From Phycisphaeraceae bacterium (lineage in GTDB: Bacteria; Planctomycetota; Phycisphaerae; Phycisphaerales; Phycisphaeraceae), in contig JAJDCU010000034.1 in assembly GCA_029260655.1 (NCBI GenBank), positions 64,582 through 128,581 of the forward strand: a stretch of DNA of 64,000 nucleotides, given 5' to 3'. The notes beneath the pieces are model-generated. The model saw nothing but the letters and a program-made list of their open reading frames with translations. It did no database searches and had not been told where the DNA came from. Position 1 is the first letter of the stretch, and each line of letters starts with the position of its first letter. Position numbers and translations under genes: made by a program. Below, in pieces: positions 1 to 7,077 of this stretch.

Positions 1-232
1 TGACCGATCTTGATTCGCCGGACTCCTGTCCGTGGATCCGTTCAAACATCCAACCGACGTACCGAATGAGGTCCACGCGGGAGTTACCAACCCGATGCCC
101 CGCCGTTTGTCGGTGGCCGCGGACACTCCGGTCGGTCGCAACGGACCCCAGGGCTGTCGAGTTGAGCAACTGCACGAGCTCGCCAGGCCTGATCGCCCGG
201 TAGTCCGGGCCGTCAGGATCGCGTTTGCCCAT
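1..232 (-). CDS. Partial CDS (N-terminal part only, runs off the window): small phage protein, weak paralog of the next gene product
   Basis: I translated the minus strand by hand from the ATG at 232 to position 2 and found no stop (MGKRDPDGPDYRAIRPGELVQLLN...RVDLIRYVGWMFERIHGQ). It shares a G.V...AG...L.Y..WM pattern with the 213..482 product. It is absent from the ORF track because it is truncated. Confidence 0.4.
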   Translation of the reverse strand, partial: MGKRDPDGPDYRAIRPGELVQLLNSTALGSVATDRSVRGHRQTAGHRVGNSRVDLIRYVGWMFERIHGQESGESRSV

Positions 233-482
233 TTCTTATCTGCTGATGCATCCAGGCCGCGTAGTGGACCAGGTTCAGCGTCCCGTCTGGGTTGCTTGGT
301 GCTCCGGCCTTTAGGTCTGCCCTGATCTGGGTCGCTTTGACCGGCCCGGCGCTCACGGCCGTGAGCGCCTTGGCCATCTGCGCAACGGTCATAGACACCG
401 GGCTGATCGGTTGAGTAGCCGACCTACCGGCCGACCTACTCCGAGCGGACTTCTTCTTGGTCTTGGTTCTCTTACGTACCAT
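213..482 (-). CDS. Small basic phage protein. It may be DNA-binding or a terminase small subunit, but that is speculative.
   Basis: 89-aa ORF with a Lys/Arg-rich N-terminus (KRTKTKKKSARSRS) followed by a helical segment. It lies in the same strand run as the neighbouring phage genes. Confidence 0.45.
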   Translation of the reverse strand: MVRKRTKTKKKSARSRSAGRSATQPISPVSMTVAQMAKALTAVSAGPVKATQIRADLKAGAPSNPDGTLNLVHYAAWMHQQIRNGQTRS

Positions 483-535
483 CGTGACGCCTCGTCCCCG
501 GAGGACATCAGCGTAGAAATCACAGGGGCCAGCGG

Positions 536-829
536 TCAGACCGCGACGCGGGCGTTCCAGTACCCCGTGGCGTTGGTACCCCCGCTGCGTTTGAGTTCGA
601 GTTTATTGATTCCCCCTGGCGATACAGCTCTGAGGTATTCGGGATTAGCCACGCCGGGTTGGATGTCGAACTCGTGCGTGTCGTTGATCCTGCCTGTCAT
701 GCCCTCCGTGATACACGTGACCTTGATCACATCTGCGGGCAGTCCGTGCGTGGGCGCCTCGAAGGCGACCTCATACGTGTTTCCGAATGTCTGAATTGCT
801 ATGGCTGATTCGCCTGGCGTGATGGCCAT
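536..829 (-). CDS. Hypothetical phage structural-region protein
   Basis: 97-aa ORF, co-directional and closely spaced with the LamG gene. No motif recognised. Confidence 0.45.
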   Translation of the reverse strand: MAITPGESAIAIQTFGNTYEVAFEAPTHGLPADVIKVTCITEGMTGRINDTHEFDIQPGVANPEYLRAVSPGGINKLELKRSGGTNATGYWNARVAV

Positions 830-850
830 TTTGATGCTCCGTTTGAGTAG

Positions 851-1594
851 CTAGTCAGTGAAACCGAAACCAAGCCCGGGGACGAGTAGTGGTGATGTCC
901 CCTGGGCCAACCCAGCCCGATATAACGCCAGACAATCGGCATCGGTGATGCCGGCTGTCTTGTGGAAGATCACGTCGCTCATGCTGCCGATGAAATCGTT
1001 ACCCGCCCCCGAGTGCGCCCCGGCACTGATGCCTTTGGTTGCTGCCGCCGTAGGATCAGAGGCGTCCGCCGAGCCGACAGCCACACCATCGATGATGAGA
1101 AAAGACGACCCGGCCCTTCGGGATATGACAGCAAAATGCCACGCGCCGTCGATGTAGGCTGTCTGGCTAACCTTCGCGGTGGCGGATTCTCCGATCCCCC
1201 ACTTGACGAGTATCAGTTGACCACCTGAAAACCGGAGTCCCCACCCGTTGTCCGGGGCGCCGCCTACGGCTTGGCCGATAGCGATTATCGTTTCTGTGAC
1301 AGACGGTGCCCCATCACGCAAAAACCAGCACCCGAATGTGTTGTTGTCGTTGTCGATGCCCGCCACCGCCGCGCTCGACGCCGCGTAGTCATCGGTCGGC
1401 CCCATCGCCCACGCCGTGCTCCCTGCGCCGAGAGGCCCAGTGACGCCCAGCGTGGGCGTGCCGAGAGCCGGTATGGGCATCGTCAGCGCACCAATCCGGT
1501 CCGCGGCCTCGGTGGCGTCCGAGGCATCGCTCATTGTGAAATGATCATGAAAGCCGAATGCATCGACCAGGTTATTAAAATCCCTAACGCTCAC
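851..1594 (-). CDS. LamG/concanavalin-A-like jelly-roll domain protein (tail-fibre or receptor-binding type)
   Basis: The pattern FGCWF...GWGLRFSGGQLILVKW...AYIDGAWHFAVISRRAGSSFLIIDGV is typical of LamG-like domains. Its start overlaps the stop of the upstream gene by 4 nt. Confidence 0.6.
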   Translation of the reverse strand: MSVRDFNNLVDAFGFHDHFTMSDASDATEAADRIGALTMPIPALGTPTLGVTGPLGAGSTAWAMGPTDDYAASSAAVAGIDNDNNTFGCWFLRDGAPSVTETIIAIGQAVGGAPDNGWGLRFSGGQLILVKWGIGESATAKVSQTAYIDGAWHFAVISRRAGSSFLIIDGVAVGSADASDPTAAATKGISAGAHSGAGNDFIGSMSDVIFHKTAGITDADCLALYRAGLAQGTSPLLVPGLGFGFTD

Positions 1595-3234
1595 CGTATA
1601 CCCACTCCCGCTGTGACGGCCTCGTACTTCGGCGCTTGCTTGGTTGGTTGATCCTGATATTCCAGGTGGCCGAACGACCCGTGTTCAGTCTGTTTGGTGA
1701 CGTAGCTGTAGGCCACGTCCAGCGTCCCGCCGGCGTCGTGGAAGGCCTGGCGGTTCGCCCGGTACAGTCCCACGATGCGGGGCCCGGTCTGCAACTCGTA
1801 GATCGCTCTGAGCCACGGCAAGTTCTTGTTGCCGCGGGCTGTGACGTGCTGGCCGGACTCGTAGGTGATCAACGGGATCGGCCTGCCCAGCCGCTCGGCC
1901 CATTCCACGGCCAGGGCCCCGTGTGCTGCGTACCAGCGTCGGTTTCGGTTTTTGATATTCAGCGCCAGCAGGTCCGCCAGGCGGTCCGCTGTGACGTCGG
2001 CCGGCATGTCGCGGCGCTGCCTGGTGGTCAGGTCGAAGTATCCGCTCGGGGCGATGGCGTCTAACTCGCCATTCATCCGCTTGAGCAGCTCCCGAGCCAC
2101 CCAGGCGTTGTCGCTCTGGAGGTGGACCGCGGCCACCCTGACCAATCGATCCTCCTGACCGGCGAAGACCTCACGCCAGATGGCGAAATCACGGCGAGCC
2201 TCAGCGGCCCACTTATCGAAGAAGGGGCCGGACAGCATGTTGTCGTTCTTGGGGTCGGCGTCCTGTTCAGAGCCATCGTGAGCGTCGACCCACCGTCCCT
2301 GTTGGAATTGGCTGTTCCAGACCTCGTTGGACCACTCGACATAGACCTTGGCATCCGGGTGCAGCCGGTCCCTGACCATCTCAGCGAACCGCCGGACGTA
2401 CTCGTCGTCCGCCAGGTGCGGCATACAAAACCAGGGGTCGGCCCCCGACTCGTTGACCAGCTCGATCATGTACTCGACCGCCACGCCGGCGCGCGTGCTC
2501 TGGAGTTGATGGGGCAGTGTGCGGGTAGACCACTGTGACTGACGGGAGTTGTTGATCCGCTGCCAGTCCATGAACCGGATGACCTCGGAGGGCCGCAGCC
2601 GCTGAACAAACAGCGGGTGGAAACTAGAGCTCGCGGGGGTCCAGCCGGCGGGCACCAGTTGGACATCCGATACCGAGCCGGTGCGTTTGAGGCGGACGCC
2701 CGGGCCGGCAGGGTCGATCGTCAGCTCAATTCGGTGGTCGGCTCGGCGGGTGATGGTCACACCCAGGTCGGCGTCGATGCTTCCGGACCCGGTCCAGATC
2801 AGGACGTAGGCCCCGCCGGGCGGGTGGCCAGCGCTGAAGATGTAGGCGTCGTTGGTGTCCTTACGCCAAGCGTCGGAGATCAGGAACAGGTCGGCGAACG
2901 GCCACGACCGCGCCCAGTATTGCACCTGGTCCAGGCCCATCCCTGCCCCGGACACCTGCGCACCAGACCCGTCATCTGGCGCAGGGTCGGGCTTGGGAGT
3001 TGGGTTTGGTGTGGGATCGGGCTCGGTCAACAGGTCCTCGACGTCGGTCACGCGGGCCAACAGGTCCTCGACCGTCGCTTCGAGCAGGTCGATCCGTGCG
3101 TTCGTGTCTGTCAGTGCCGGCCCGACGTCGACCTCGACGGTGCCGGTGGCTGTCGGCTCGGCCTCCGCGTAACGGCACAGCATGGCCAGGGCGAAGAAGA
3201 AGACGGAGAGGATCAGCAGATGCGTTGATTTCAT
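1591..3234 (-). CDS. Secreted modular protein: signal peptide, coiled-coil segment, Pro/Thr linker and a TIM-barrel glycoside-hydrolase-like domain
   Basis: I chose the internal start at 3234 (MKSTHLLILSVFFFALAMLCRYAEA). It is followed by LLEATVEDLLARVTDVEDLL, then PDPTPNPTPKPDPAPD, then a catalytic-looking region containing VYVEWSNEVWN (an NE.WN-type motif). The family assignment is by eye only. Confidence 0.55.
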   Translation of the reverse strand: MKSTHLLILSVFFFALAMLCRYAEAEPTATGTVEVDVGPALTDTNARIDLLEATVEDLLARVTDVEDLLTEPDPTPNPTPKPDPAPDDGSGAQVSGAGMGLDQVQYWARSWPFADLFLISDAWRKDTNDAYIFSAGHPPGGAYVLIWTGSGSIDADLGVTITRRADHRIELTIDPAGPGVRLKRTGSVSDVQLVPAGWTPASSSFHPLFVQRLRPSEVIRFMDWQRINNSRQSQWSTRTLPHQLQSTRAGVAVEYMIELVNESGADPWFCMPHLADDEYVRRFAEMVRDRLHPDAKVYVEWSNEVWNSQFQQGRWVDAHDGSEQDADPKNDNMLSGPFFDKWAAEARRDFAIWREVFAGQEDRLVRVAAVHLQSDNAWVARELLKRMNGELDAIAPSGYFDLTTRQRRDMPADVTADRLADLLALNIKNRNRRWYAAHGALAVEWAERLGRPIPLITYESGQHVTARGNKNLPWLRAIYELQTGPRIVGLYRANRQAFHDAGGTLDVAYSYVTKQTEHGSFGHLEYQDQPTKQAPKYEAVTAGVGIR

Positions 3235-3242
3235 CGGTTTTC

Positions 3243-3518
3243 TCACAGAAGCTTGATCAGGACGACCAGGAGGGTGGCGAACGTGGTCATGCCGACGCCT
3301 ATCCCGCCGGCGATCATCGCTCGCTCGAACCATCGGCGGCCATCGACAAAGGTTTGGAGGCGGTCCACCTGCCGAACAAGGCCCGGCGAGCCGTTGCCTA
3401 ACAGCCGGTGATGAATGTCCTTGACCATCTTCTTTAGTTGATCGAACTCTGGTCGAGTGATCGCCTCATTGTTTTCGCCGTCTGGCATAGGTGCCTTCCT
3501 TGGTTGTCGAGAAATCAT
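3243..3518 (-). CDS. Small tail-anchored membrane protein (holin- or spanin-like candidate)
   Basis: 91 aa with a single C-terminal hydrophobic helix (IAGGIGVGMTTFATLLVVLIKLL). It has an ATGA-type overlap with the upstream lipoprotein gene. Confidence 0.5.
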   Translation of the reverse strand: MISRQPRKAPMPDGENNEAITRPEFDQLKKMVKDIHHRLLGNGSPGLVRQVDRLQTFVDGRRWFERAMIAGGIGVGMTTFATLLVVLIKLL

Positions 3519-3853
3519 GGGAGAGGTCTAGCGAGCGCTGCAGCAGCCTTGGCGATCTCCCCCGCCGCACGGGCTATCTGATCCGTCGCCTCGTAATTCT
3601 CGATCACGAGCGTCGGGTTGCCTTCTTCATCCCGCCCAAACTTCATCAGTCCGAAAGCTGTGTCGTTGCCTTGGTTGAGGTAGCGGACGTCGTTGGTCTC
3701 GGTCACTATGCCGTCGGGGTAGGTCGTCGTGGTCCTGATCCAGTTGACAGACCGTGTGGCGCAGCCGGCGCCGGCAGTGAGCAGCACCAAAGCTCCCACC
3801 AACAGGGCGTAAAACAAGCCGCGCTCAAGAAGAGCGATCTTCAAGCTGCACAT
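3515..3853 (-). CDS. Small lipoprotein
   Basis: I chose the internal start at 3853. The signal peptide has a lipobox (LVLLTAGAGC). The start overlaps the end of the upstream esterase-like gene by 13 nt. Confidence 0.55.
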   Translation of the reverse strand: MCSLKIALLERGLFYALLVGALVLLTAGAGCATRSVNWIRTTTTYPDGIVTETNDVRYLNQGNDTAFGLMKFGRDEEGNPTLVIENYEATDQIARAAGEIAKAAAALARPLP

Positions 3854-4512
3854 GGCATGGGCTCCGGGGGCGGACTTTTCTGGGCGATCGATGCGATGAC
3901 CCGCTCGTGGATCCGCGGATGGTCGTCGATGTTGGAGTGATGGACCGTGTAATCGACGATCCAATTCGACTCGGAGTGCCCGACGTGCTTCTCCAGGTTG
4001 GCTTTGGTCCCCAGGTAGAACTCGCCGGCGATCTTCGTGGCCTCGCTGACGGGCTTGATCTTGTGACCGACCGGGTCGAACGGGCCGCGCTTGTTCACCT
4101 GACGCCAGGACATGGCCCACAGCACATTGGCCGGGACCTCATAGGTGCCGAGACGGGTCAGGCTCAAGAAATTGGCGGGTATCAGGCGATACCGGGGCAC
4201 CGGGTCGATCAGGAACATCTGATCAACGACCCGCCCGCGGTCAGCCAAGGCGGCCGCGAGTTCCGTGCAGCCCCGGCCGGCGCCGCGGGAGTAGCCCGTG
4301 AGTGCGATATGAACAGCGCCTGACGCCTGGATCAGGTCCGCGGTCTCGGCGTGGTTGCCGTTGTGCGTTCGGTACAGGACCAGGTCACGCCGTTGGTCGT
4401 ACCATCGGTCGCAAGCCCAGTCATACAGCCTGTAGAGCCCCTCGCCAGGGCCCGCACCCTGCCCCCAGCCGTTGATGAACACGATGGCCGCGCCGCCGCG
4501 CTGCTTAGGCAT
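3841..4512 (-). CDS. Alpha/beta-hydrolase-fold protein (esterase/lipase-like), first gene after the candidate late terminator
   Basis: It carries a G-x-S-x-G nucleophile-elbow motif (LTGYSRGAG) in a 223-aa ORF. There is no signal peptide. Confidence 0.55.
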   Translation of the reverse strand: MPKQRGGAAIVFINGWGQGAGPGEGLYRLYDWACDRWYDQRRDLVLYRTHNGNHAETADLIQASGAVHIALTGYSRGAGRGCTELAAALADRGRVVDQMFLIDPVPRYRLIPANFLSLTRLGTYEVPANVLWAMSWRQVNKRGPFDPVGHKIKPVSEATKIAGEFYLGTKANLEKHVGHSESNWIVDYTVHHSNIDDHPRIHERVIASIAQKSPPPEPMPCAA

Positions 4513-4550
4513 CGATCACCCCCCGACCCCAGGAGAGTGCCCGCCTGGTC

Positions 4551-4590
4551 AAAAAGAGCCTGCCGGGGCGCGCAGAAACGGCCCCGGCAG
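4551..4590 (-). terminator. Rho-independent terminator candidate, 38 nt upstream of the 3841..4512 start codon
   Basis: On the minus strand, a perfect 10-bp stem CTGCCGGGGC / GCCCCGGCAG with an 11-nt loop is followed by GCTCTTTTT. Confidence 0.6.
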
Positions 4591-4692
4591 AGCTTGCGTT
4601 GCAGGCGTGCCTGCCGGGTTGTGTCGTGTTGTGGGTGGGAGCATGTTGCATCCGACGGTCCCTGGGCGGGGAACGCCTTGCAACACGCCGTC

Positions 4693-4720
4693 ATTATACG
4701 CACGAGGGGGTGAGATATAA
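4693..4720 (-). promoter_or_regulatory. Sigma-70-like promoter candidate (TTTATA-16 nt-TATAAT)
   Basis: On the minus strand there is a perfect TATAAT at 4698-4693, with TTTATA 16 nt upstream. The promoter lies directly after the stop of the 4731..4973 ORF. Confidence 0.35.
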
Positions 4721-4730
4721 AGGGTCATAG

Positions 4731-4973
4731 TCACCGGGGTTTTCGCCACCGATACCGGAGTCGGATGACCGACTGCCGGAGGGCCTTCTCGGCATCCGCC
4801 AGCCGCAGGGACTCTCTGTTGCTGGACTTGGGCTTCTCAAAAGCCATGACCGAGTCGACGTACTCGACGGCCGCCACGATCACGGCGTCTCGGCGCTGCT
4901 CCTCAGCAAGCTGATCGGCTGTTAGGGTGATGGGTCCTGCCATGGATCGTCCGTGATCTTTGATGTGATCCAC
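4731..4973 (-). CDS. Hypothetical small phage protein
   Basis: 80-aa ORF in the phage strand run. It is helical and charged, with an Arg-rich C-terminus (RLRYRWRKPR). Confidence 0.4.
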   Translation of the reverse strand: MDHIKDHGRSMAGPITLTADQLAEEQRRDAVIVAAVEYVDSVMAFEKPKSSNRESLRLADAEKALRQSVIRLRYRWRKPR

Positions 4974-5100
4974 CCCCCGGGGACCGTGTGGTGCTGCTAA
5001 AGAGGCTTCGGGTCAATCATATGAGCGTGCCTCGACTTCGATATGTATGATCAAGGGCGAGCCGCTGGCCTATTGACAACACCTCATCTGCGGAGGAATT

Positions 5101-5643
5101 ATGAAATCGAAATCGAGAATCAATACCAATGATCCCAACGAATGGGAAGTAATATATAAGGATTTTCGTGACAATAGACTCAATGATCGGCCACTCGCCG
5201 TTATTGGCGCCGCCATGGTTGACGCTTATTTGATTCGCGCTCTTGAGTGGGCCATGGTTGGTGATGTTGACCAAAAGGTAATTGACCGTCTTTTCGACTA
5301 CGGTGGTGGGGCGCTCGGCTCTATGAGCGCTAGGATTGAGATCGCTGCGGCAATGGGGGTCATCGATAGTACTACCCACGTACACCTCAACAGCATCAGA
5401 GCGATTCGGAACGAGTTTGCTCATGGTCTATACTTCCGAGACAAAGGATCTAACGACACACGGGCGGTAAGTTTTGACGAAAAAGAAATCCACCTGTTGT
5501 GCCGACGCTTTCATCGTGCTGTAGGCGGCCCCAAAGACATCGATATGCGGGATGTGTTCTTCCGGACAATCTTTGACACTCTGTGGGCTTTATTTTCGGT
5601 CGCCAAAAAATCAAGACCATCCAAACCACTCAATTCTGAGTGA
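5101..5643 (+). CDS. All-helical protein with an IRNEFAH motif (MltR/mannitol-repressor-like or DUF4145-like); moron gene
   Basis: This is the only convincing plus-strand gene in the element. It sits in a visibly AT-rich patch and has a strong GGAGG Shine-Dalgarno site 5 nt before the ATG. The motif is NSIRAIRNEFAHG. Confidence 0.55.
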   Translation: MKSKSRINTNDPNEWEVIYKDFRDNRLNDRPLAVIGAAMVDAYLIRALEWAMVGDVDQKVIDRLFDYGGGALGSMSARIEIAAAMGVIDSTTHVHLNSIRAIRNEFAHGLYFRDKGSNDTRAVSFDEKEIHLLCRRFHRAVGGPKDIDMRDVFFRTIFDTLWALFSVAKKSRPSKPLNSE

Positions 5644-5654
5644 CATCCATCTAT

Positions 5655-6116
5655 TCAAGCTGCGATACTCTCTGCCTTGGCGGGCTTCTTGCGTTGGTGG
5701 CTTCCGCCATACACGGCCTTAATCCACCTATACGCTTGATCGACATGCGATGCAGGTACTTCCAGCGACTGAACGTACCAGAGATAAGCATGCGGATCGT
5801 GTGGGTCGCGTCGAAACTGGATACGCTGTCCACCTAGACCACCGTCGCCGATAAACTGAACCAGCCCCTCCGCAACAGATGTCTTGTATCTGATCCCAGC
5901 AAGATTGACCCAATTAGGCAGATGATCGATGCGGTCGCCAAAGTGTTCGTGATGCCAAAGCTCGTCGAATCCCCTCCCGGTGGCGGATACCGCAATGTTA
6001 CGCCAGTAAGACCAACGACCGGGCAACCATCGCGCTACGGGAATCAGTACGCACCACAACAAGCGGCGTGGTGTCCATCGGAAAGAAACGCAGCGTGTTG
6101 GCATTGGTAGTGTCAT
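5655..6116 (-). CDS. Hypothetical protein
   Basis: I chose the internal start at 6116 (MTLPMPTRC...) so that it does not overlap the upstream ORF. The protein is Trp/Arg-rich and carries no recognised motif. Confidence 0.35.
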   Translation of the reverse strand: MTLPMPTRCVSFRWTPRRLLWCVLIPVARWLPGRWSYWRNIAVSATGRGFDELWHHEHFGDRIDHLPNWVNLAGIRYKTSVAEGLVQFIGDGGLGGQRIQFRRDPHDPHAYLWYVQSLEVPASHVDQAYRWIKAVYGGSHQRKKPAKAESIAA

Positions 6117-6154
6117 GGTTCTGTCCAGTCGTTCGTCTCGGTAAGCTGAGCGCG

Positions 6155-6373
6155 TCAGCGGCCCTCTAGCCGGGCCTGGGTATCGCGTATTGCCATGAGG
6201 AGGTTGCTCAAGGCCTCCTCCTCGGTTGTACCCGGGTCGCCCACGATGTAGCCCCAACTGGCTTGGAATGTCCCGTCGTAGGGCATCATCCCGACGTGAA
6301 CCTCTACATCCTCGCCGCTGTCAAGTTGTAAGTCTCGGAGTTCCATTTTCAAGCCTTCCTTTCTGTCGCCCAT
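6155..6373 (-). CDS. Hypothetical small acidic protein
   Basis: 72-aa ORF. An alternative start (MELRDL) lies at 6346. Confidence 0.4.
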   Translation of the reverse strand: MGDRKEGLKMELRDLQLDSGEDVEVHVGMMPYDGTFQASWGYIVGDPGTTEEEALSNLLMAIRDTQARLEGR

Positions 6374-6411
6374 CTTATCTAGATGTCGTTAAGCCTTGAA
6401 AGCTGCGAGCG

Positions 6412-6594
6412 TCAGTCTCCGTCCGGGGCCGGCTCGGTGGCGAACAACATAAACGCATCGTTGTCCCAATCAACACGTTTAACGCCCCGGCAATTGTCTT
6501 GCTCTGTCCCGGTGTCGGGCGTGAATACATGAACCTCTGCCCCAGACCGGCACTTGGAGAGTTTTTCCATCAGTTCCCATACTTGCATCTTCAT
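6412..6594 (-). CDS. Hypothetical small protein
   Basis: 60-aa ORF in the phage strand run. Confidence 0.35.
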   Translation of the reverse strand: MKMQVWELMEKLSKCRSGAEVHVFTPDTGTEQDNCRGVKRVDWDNDAFMLFATEPAPDGD

Positions 6595-6669
6595 CGCGTT
6601 ATCCTTTCAGTCGTTCAGCTTATCTAGGTGCGATTCAGTTCCTTGTGTCTTTCAGCACGGGCGACTGCG

Positions 6670-7038
6670 CTACTGGGCCTCTGCCTCGGCGAGCAGGTCA
6701 AGGGATGGCTTTAACACAGCTTCAATGTCATAGGCATCACATGTGCACACCTCGTTAACCTGTCTCATCGCATCACGGGCCTCCGGGATTAAATCTCTCA
6801 GTGTCTCCGCCAGCCGGTCGTGGAGGTTGACGCGGCGGATGAAGTTCCGTGCCATGTTCTTGGGAAGCTCAGACCCGCACCATTCCTTGTTGAGCCGAAG
6901 AACGCCGACAAGCGACCCATCCTGGCCGAGTATTTCGATCCCGTGGACTTCTTCACCCAATTCCAAGGGCAGCCCGGCAGACGGCCCACATGCCGCCTGA
7001 TCTATCTGCTGCTGTAGTTTTTCGTTTTGCTCTGGCAT
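6670..7038 (-). CDS. Hypothetical phage protein
   Basis: 122-aa ORF in the same strand run. No motif recognised. Confidence 0.45.
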   Translation of the reverse strand: MPEQNEKLQQQIDQAACGPSAGLPLELGEEVHGIEILGQDGSLVGVLRLNKEWCGSELPKNMARNFIRRVNLHDRLAETLRDLIPEARDAMRQVNEVCTCDAYDIEAVLKPSLDLLAEAEAQ

Positions 7039-7077
7039 GGTGGTTTCTCTGTAGCGGAGCGTGGGCAGCTTGACGAC

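Noticed and set aside
6155-6594. Two small adjacent ORFs (72 aa and 60 aa) as a toxin-antitoxin pair (HicB-like).
   Set aside because: I could find no recognisable toxin or antitoxin motifs. Adjacent small genes are the norm in phage early regions.
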